26,655 bases of DNA from NCBI GenBank assembly GCA_964016885.1, contig CAXHJY010000870.1, positions 1 to 26,655 of the forward strand, in the 5' to 3' direction. Positions 22,668 through 26,655 of this stretch are shown here, one piece after another. A program made the position numbers and the translations under genes. Each line of letters starts with the position of its first letter. The stretch's first letter is position 1. The notes beneath the pieces are model-generated. The model ran no database searches. It was not told the DNA's origin and saw only the letters and a list, made by a program, of their open reading frames with translations. Source of the DNA: Eledone cirrhosa (taxonomy: Eukaryota).

Positions 22668-24135
22668 TGTTGTTGTTGGGTGGTGTTGGTGCTGTTGGTG
22701 GTGTTGTTGGTGGTGTTGGTGTTGGTGGTGTTGGTGGTGGTGTTGGTGGTGTTGTTGGTGGTGTTGTTGGTGGTGTTGGTGTTGGTGGTAGTGTTGTTGG
22801 TGGTGTTGGTGGTCTTGGTGGTGGTGTTGGTGGTGGTGGTGTTGGTGGTGATGTTGGTGTTGTTGGTGGTGTTGGTGTTGGTGGTGGTGTTGGTGGTGGT
22901 GTTGTTGGTGGTGGTGTTGTTGGTGGTGTTGTTGGTGGTGTTGGTGGTGGTGTTGGTGGTGTTAGTGGTGTTGGTGGTGGTGTTGTTGGTGGTGTTGGTG
23001 GTGGTGTTGGTGGTGGTGTTGGTGTTGGTGGTGTTGTTGTTGGTGGTGGTGTTGTTGGTGGTGTTGTTGGTGGTGTTGGTGATGTTGGTGGTGGTGTTGG
23101 TGGTGGTGGTGTTGGTGGTGATGTTGGTGTTGTTGTTGTTGGTGTTGTTGGTGTCGTTGTTGTTGTTGGTGTTGCTGTTGTTGTTGGTGTTGTTGGTGTT
23201 GTTGGTGTTGCTGTTGTTGTTGGTGTTGTTGGTGTTGTTGGTGTTGCTGTTGTTGTTGTTGGTGTTGTTGGTGTTGCTGTTGGTGGTGTTGGTGTTGTTG
23301 TTGGTGTTGTTGGTGTTGTTGTTGTTGGTGGTGTTGGTGTTGGTGTTGGTGGTGTTGGTGTTGGTGTTGTTGGTGTTAGTGTTGTTGGTGTTGTTGGTGT
23401 TGTTGTTGTTGGTGGTGTTGGTGTTGGTGTTGGTGGTGTTGGTGTTGGTGTTGTTGGTGTTAGTGTTGTTGGTGTTGTTGTTGGTGGTGTTGGTGTTGGT
23501 GTTGGTGGTGTTGGTGTTGGTGTTGTTGGTGTTAGTGTTGTTGGTGTTGTTGGTGGTGTTGGTGTTGTTGGTGGTGTTGGTGGTGTTGGTGTTGTTGGTG
23601 GTGTTGGTGTTGTTGTTGGTGTTGGTGTTGGTGTTGGTGTTGTTGGTGTTGCTGGTGGTGTTGGTGTTGGTGGTGTTGTTGGTGGTGTTGGTGGTGTTGG
23701 TGTTGTTGGTGGTGTTGGTGTTGTTGTTGTTGGTGTTGTTGGTGTTGGTGTTGGTGTTGTTGGTGTTGCTGGTGGTGTTGGTGTTGGTGGTGTTGTTGGT
23801 GTTGGTGGTGTTGTTGTTGATGATGTTATTATTGATGTTGTTGTTGTTGGTGTTGGTGTTGGTGTTGTTGGTGTTGGTGTTGTTGGTGTCGTTGGTGGTG
23901 TTGGTGTTGTTGTTGTTGGTGTTGTTGATGTTGTTATTGTTGGTGTTGTTGGTGGTGTTGGTGTTGTTGGTGTTGTTGGTGGTGTTGGTGTTGTTGGTGT
24001 TGTTGGTGGTGTTGGTGGTGTTGTTGGTGTTGTTGGTGTTGGTGTTGTTGTTGATGATGTTATTATTGATGTTGTTGTTGGTGTTGATATTATTGTTGTT
24101 GCTGGTGCTGCTGATGTTATTGATGATGTTGCTGG
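22668..24135. repeat. ~1.45-kb mosaic (GGT/GTT)n trinucleotide repeat
   Basis: Almost entirely G-N-T triplets in one phase. Confidence 0.92.
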
Positions 24136-24224
24136 CGTTGTCTTCCTCTCCAGATCTGAATACAACAGATTTCTTCCAGAGAAGGATAGAGGGAGAGTGA
24201 GAGAAAGCGTTATAGAGGATGTAT

Positions 24225-24641
24225 CGATCCCAGTAATACAGTGATCATTTCTCTATCAACCTGGAATGGATGAAAGGCAAAGTTGATCTCCTTGGGATTC
24301 GAACTCAGAAATTTGAACTCAGAGATTCGAACTCAGAGATTTGAACTCATAAATTTGAACTCAGAGATTTGAACTCATAAATTTGAACTCATAAATTTGA
24401 ACTCATAAATTTGAACTCAGAGATTTGAACTCATAAATTTGAACTCATAAATTTGAACTCATAAATTTGAACTCAGAAAAATTTGATCTCGGAAATTTGA
24501 ACTCAGAGATTTGAACTCAGAGATTTGAACTCAGAGATTTGAACTCAGAGATTTGAACTCAGAGATTTGAACTCAGAGAGCCGAAACGAATACCGCAAAT
24601 AATTTCTATCCGACGTTTTAACGACTCCGCCAATTCACCGC
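24225..24641 (-). mobile_element. Diverged SINE with ~20 tandem copies of its 14-bp B-box segment
   Basis: Head GCGGTGAATTGGCGGAGTCG at 24641 (minus strand); GAACTCA units from 24301 to 24569 at 14-bp period; central domain GGATGAAAGGCAAAGTTGA at ~24268. Confidence 0.88.
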
Positions 24642-25004
24642 TTCTGTATTGCATTGAAATACAATATCAATGGTCTTTCAATGGTTGAGGAACTGCTGAA
24701 GAATAGCTATTGTAAACTATTGTAGTATTGCCAGCCCTTTTAGAGAGACAAACTTGAAATGGTTGATACACTGTTTGTATATCTCCAGTTATTGTTCATT
24801 TGTTTAACCCCAGGTCATCACAGGTCAAGTAGATGTGAGATCAAAGGTCTTATAATCGTGATAAACCTTTTTTTTTTCATATACATAGTATACTTGAGAC
24901 TATGTTATATACTTCCTTTTGCGTTTAGTGGGTGTTTTGTTTTTGTTTATTTTAAAGATAGGAGTGAAGGATATAAGACAATGAATTGCTAGAGTTTCTT
25001 TCAA

Positions 25005-25120
25005 AGTCGGATAGAATGCTTTGCGGCATTCGTTCCGACTCTCTGCATTATTCTGAGTTCAAATCCCGCCGAGGTCAACTTTGTCTTTCGTCCTTTTGAG
25101 ATACCAGTTCAGTACTGGGT
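25005..25120 (+). mobile_element. Partial SINE
   Basis: GTCGGATAGAATGCTTTGCGGCATT...TTCTGAGTTCAAATCCCGCCGAGGTCAACTTTGTCTTTCGTCC...TACCAGT. Confidence 0.8.
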
Positions 25121-25328
25121 CAATTCTTCTTCACAACCCACCCACCCTCTCGCTCTATCTCTATTAGTATTACTCCAAGAACCGCCTGCCTAGGAACTTT
25201 CTTGAACCCGCCACACGACTGAAGAAACTTCTTGTTGAGTCAAACAACGCTGAACTTTAAAACTATCCTCTTTACAGAGTACTCATAATCTTTACTTGGA
25301 TTACCTTAAACGATATTTTGCTATCTTA

Positions 25329-25366
<38 letters not shown>

Positions 25367-25371
<5 letters not shown>

Positions 25372-25646
25372 TATTCTATTCTAAGGCGGGTAAAATTCCC
25401 GAGATCCATGGACGAGTTCTCTTCAGCGGTCTCTGTCCCTCATTATCGCTGCCATGTCCTGAGTCTCCAACAGACCAGTGTCTGTCCTTAGGGCATCAAC
25501 ATATGTTAACCTTGGTCTTCCTCTTCTAGTGTGTCCATGTAGGGTCTCCCAAAGGAGCACTGAGTGCTATGTCAACTTTGGATGTCGGTGAGCATGTCCA
25601 GCTAACCTCAGTCTCCTCTGTGTCACTTTTGAGCTGACTTTTGGGA
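25367..25646 (-). mobile_element. LINE (RTE-like) 3' end fragment with (TAGAA)n tail
   Basis: PKVSSKVTQRRLRLAGHAHRHPKLT*HSVLLWETLHGHTRRGRPRLTY...DRDR*RE; two in-frame stops; same family as 4214-4372. Confidence 0.82.
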
Positions 25647-25805
25647 TATATATATATATGTATATGTATGTATTTATCTTCACGAACCAAAGTATCGTCC
25701 TTCTGTTTTCCTCCGGCTGCAACGTTATATATATATATATATATAATTCTTATCGAGCCCTCTTCGGATTTTAGTCTTCACATTTATTATTACTATTATT
25801 ATTAT

Positions 25806-25837
<32 letters not shown>

Positions 25838-25841
<4 letters not shown>

Positions 25842-26045
25842 GTGGAACACTGGAAGGTAATATTCGTAGTGGTAGAGCACTCAGTCCAAGGGACGAGTTA
25901 GGTAGAAGTGGTTACACAACAGTTAGTTCGCCATACCGAGAACAACTGTTTCACCTTAGCGGATCTTCAGCATCCCGAGCTGAAGATCCGCGAAGGTGAA
26001 ACAATTGTTCTCGGTATGGTGAACTAACTGTTGTGTAACCACTTC

Positions 26046-26047
<2 letters not shown>
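25838..26047. mobile_element. Fold-back element between (TA)n runs
   Basis: Arms 25903-25971 and 25979-26047 with a 7-bp spacer. Confidence 0.8.
25975..26014 (+). ncRNA. Minimal type I hammerhead ribozyme
   Basis: CCGAG-CUGAAGA-u-CC-gcgaa-GG-u-GAAA-CAAUUG-UU^CUCGG; palindromic stem III; the inverted copy at 25936-25971 lacks the stem I 5' strand. Confidence 0.82.
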
Positions 26048-26105
<58 letters not shown>

Positions 26106-26134
26106 TGATTTGTTTCGTTACCTTCTTTAGTTAA

Positions 26135-26212
26135 TTTCTGTGAGCAAGATATGATTTCCTGACGGTGGGTAGTGATACAAAAATATGGGGGGGGGGGGGG
26201 GGGGGGGGGGGT

Positions 26213-26246
<34 letters not shown>

Positions 26247-26415
26247 CTTAGTGGAGGGAAAATTTGAGTAGAAGCAAGAGGGATTGAAAATCAGCGCTAC
26301 GAAGACTGAGACTCTCGTCTTCTTAAGAAAACCAGCACAGTGCACTCCACGTGTGATTGGGAACTACCCCTGGATCAGGTGAAAAAGTTCAAGAAACTGG
26401 GAGCCGTGTCAAGCA
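26135..26415 (+). mobile_element. Decayed LINE reverse transcriptase fragment (region after the catalytic motif) interrupted by poly-G
   Basis: EGLKISATKTETLVFLRKPAQC then, after a frameshift, LDQVKKFKKLGAV, resembling the GLKIxxxKT and VxxFKYLG motifs. Confidence 0.7.
26186..26245. repeat. ~60-nt poly-G tract
   Basis: Directly visible. Confidence 0.95.
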
Positions 26416-26655
26416 CCTAATATGTAATTATCAATGTCCATCACGTGGTTGTTAATTAGAACTTTTAGCGATTAATTAGAAAATAATTCAATGGGAATTA
26501 TGAGAAGTTAACTATATAATTCCGTGTCCCTGATTAGCCAACGCCCTCGCCCTCATCCTCCCCCACTCCATCGTATTTAAAATTACTGATCAAATTGGTT
26601 TCAAATCAAACCGTATAAGATTTGCTTCGTTCTACACCTGCGACAGGGGAACTGT

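Noticed and set aside
22664-24244. Gly/Val-rich 526-aa and Val/Leu-rich 506-aa + strand ORFs
   Set aside because: Several frames are open at once because of the triplet composition; no signal peptide or codon diversity.

Overview
AT-rich, repeat-saturated animal genomic DNA. The SINE family and (TA)n density recall an octopod/cephalopod genome, but this is inference from memory and was not searched. No intact host gene can be supported: almost all long ORFs are translations of microsatellites or of a satellite. Contents: many (TA)n, (GGT)n, (GAT)n, (TAG)n and (GTT/GGT)n tracts; a ~5.6 kb array of 80-bp satellite with higher-order structure; seven copies or fragments of a tRNA-derived SINE; four LINE fragments (RTE-like); and a small Tc1/mariner-type MITE. 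The most striking signal is that the short islands between the (TA)n tracts are not random. At least ten carry type I hammerhead ribozyme motifs from about seven unrelated sequence families, some with covarying stems and a U3-A8 core variant. Many islands are fold-back palindromes whose turning points fall at or near ribozyme structural elements. This fits 3'-end (pseudo-LTR) fragments of Penelope-like retroelements, or non-autonomous retrozyme-like elements, that insert into (TA)n microsatellites. All structures were paired by eye and ribozyme activity is untested.
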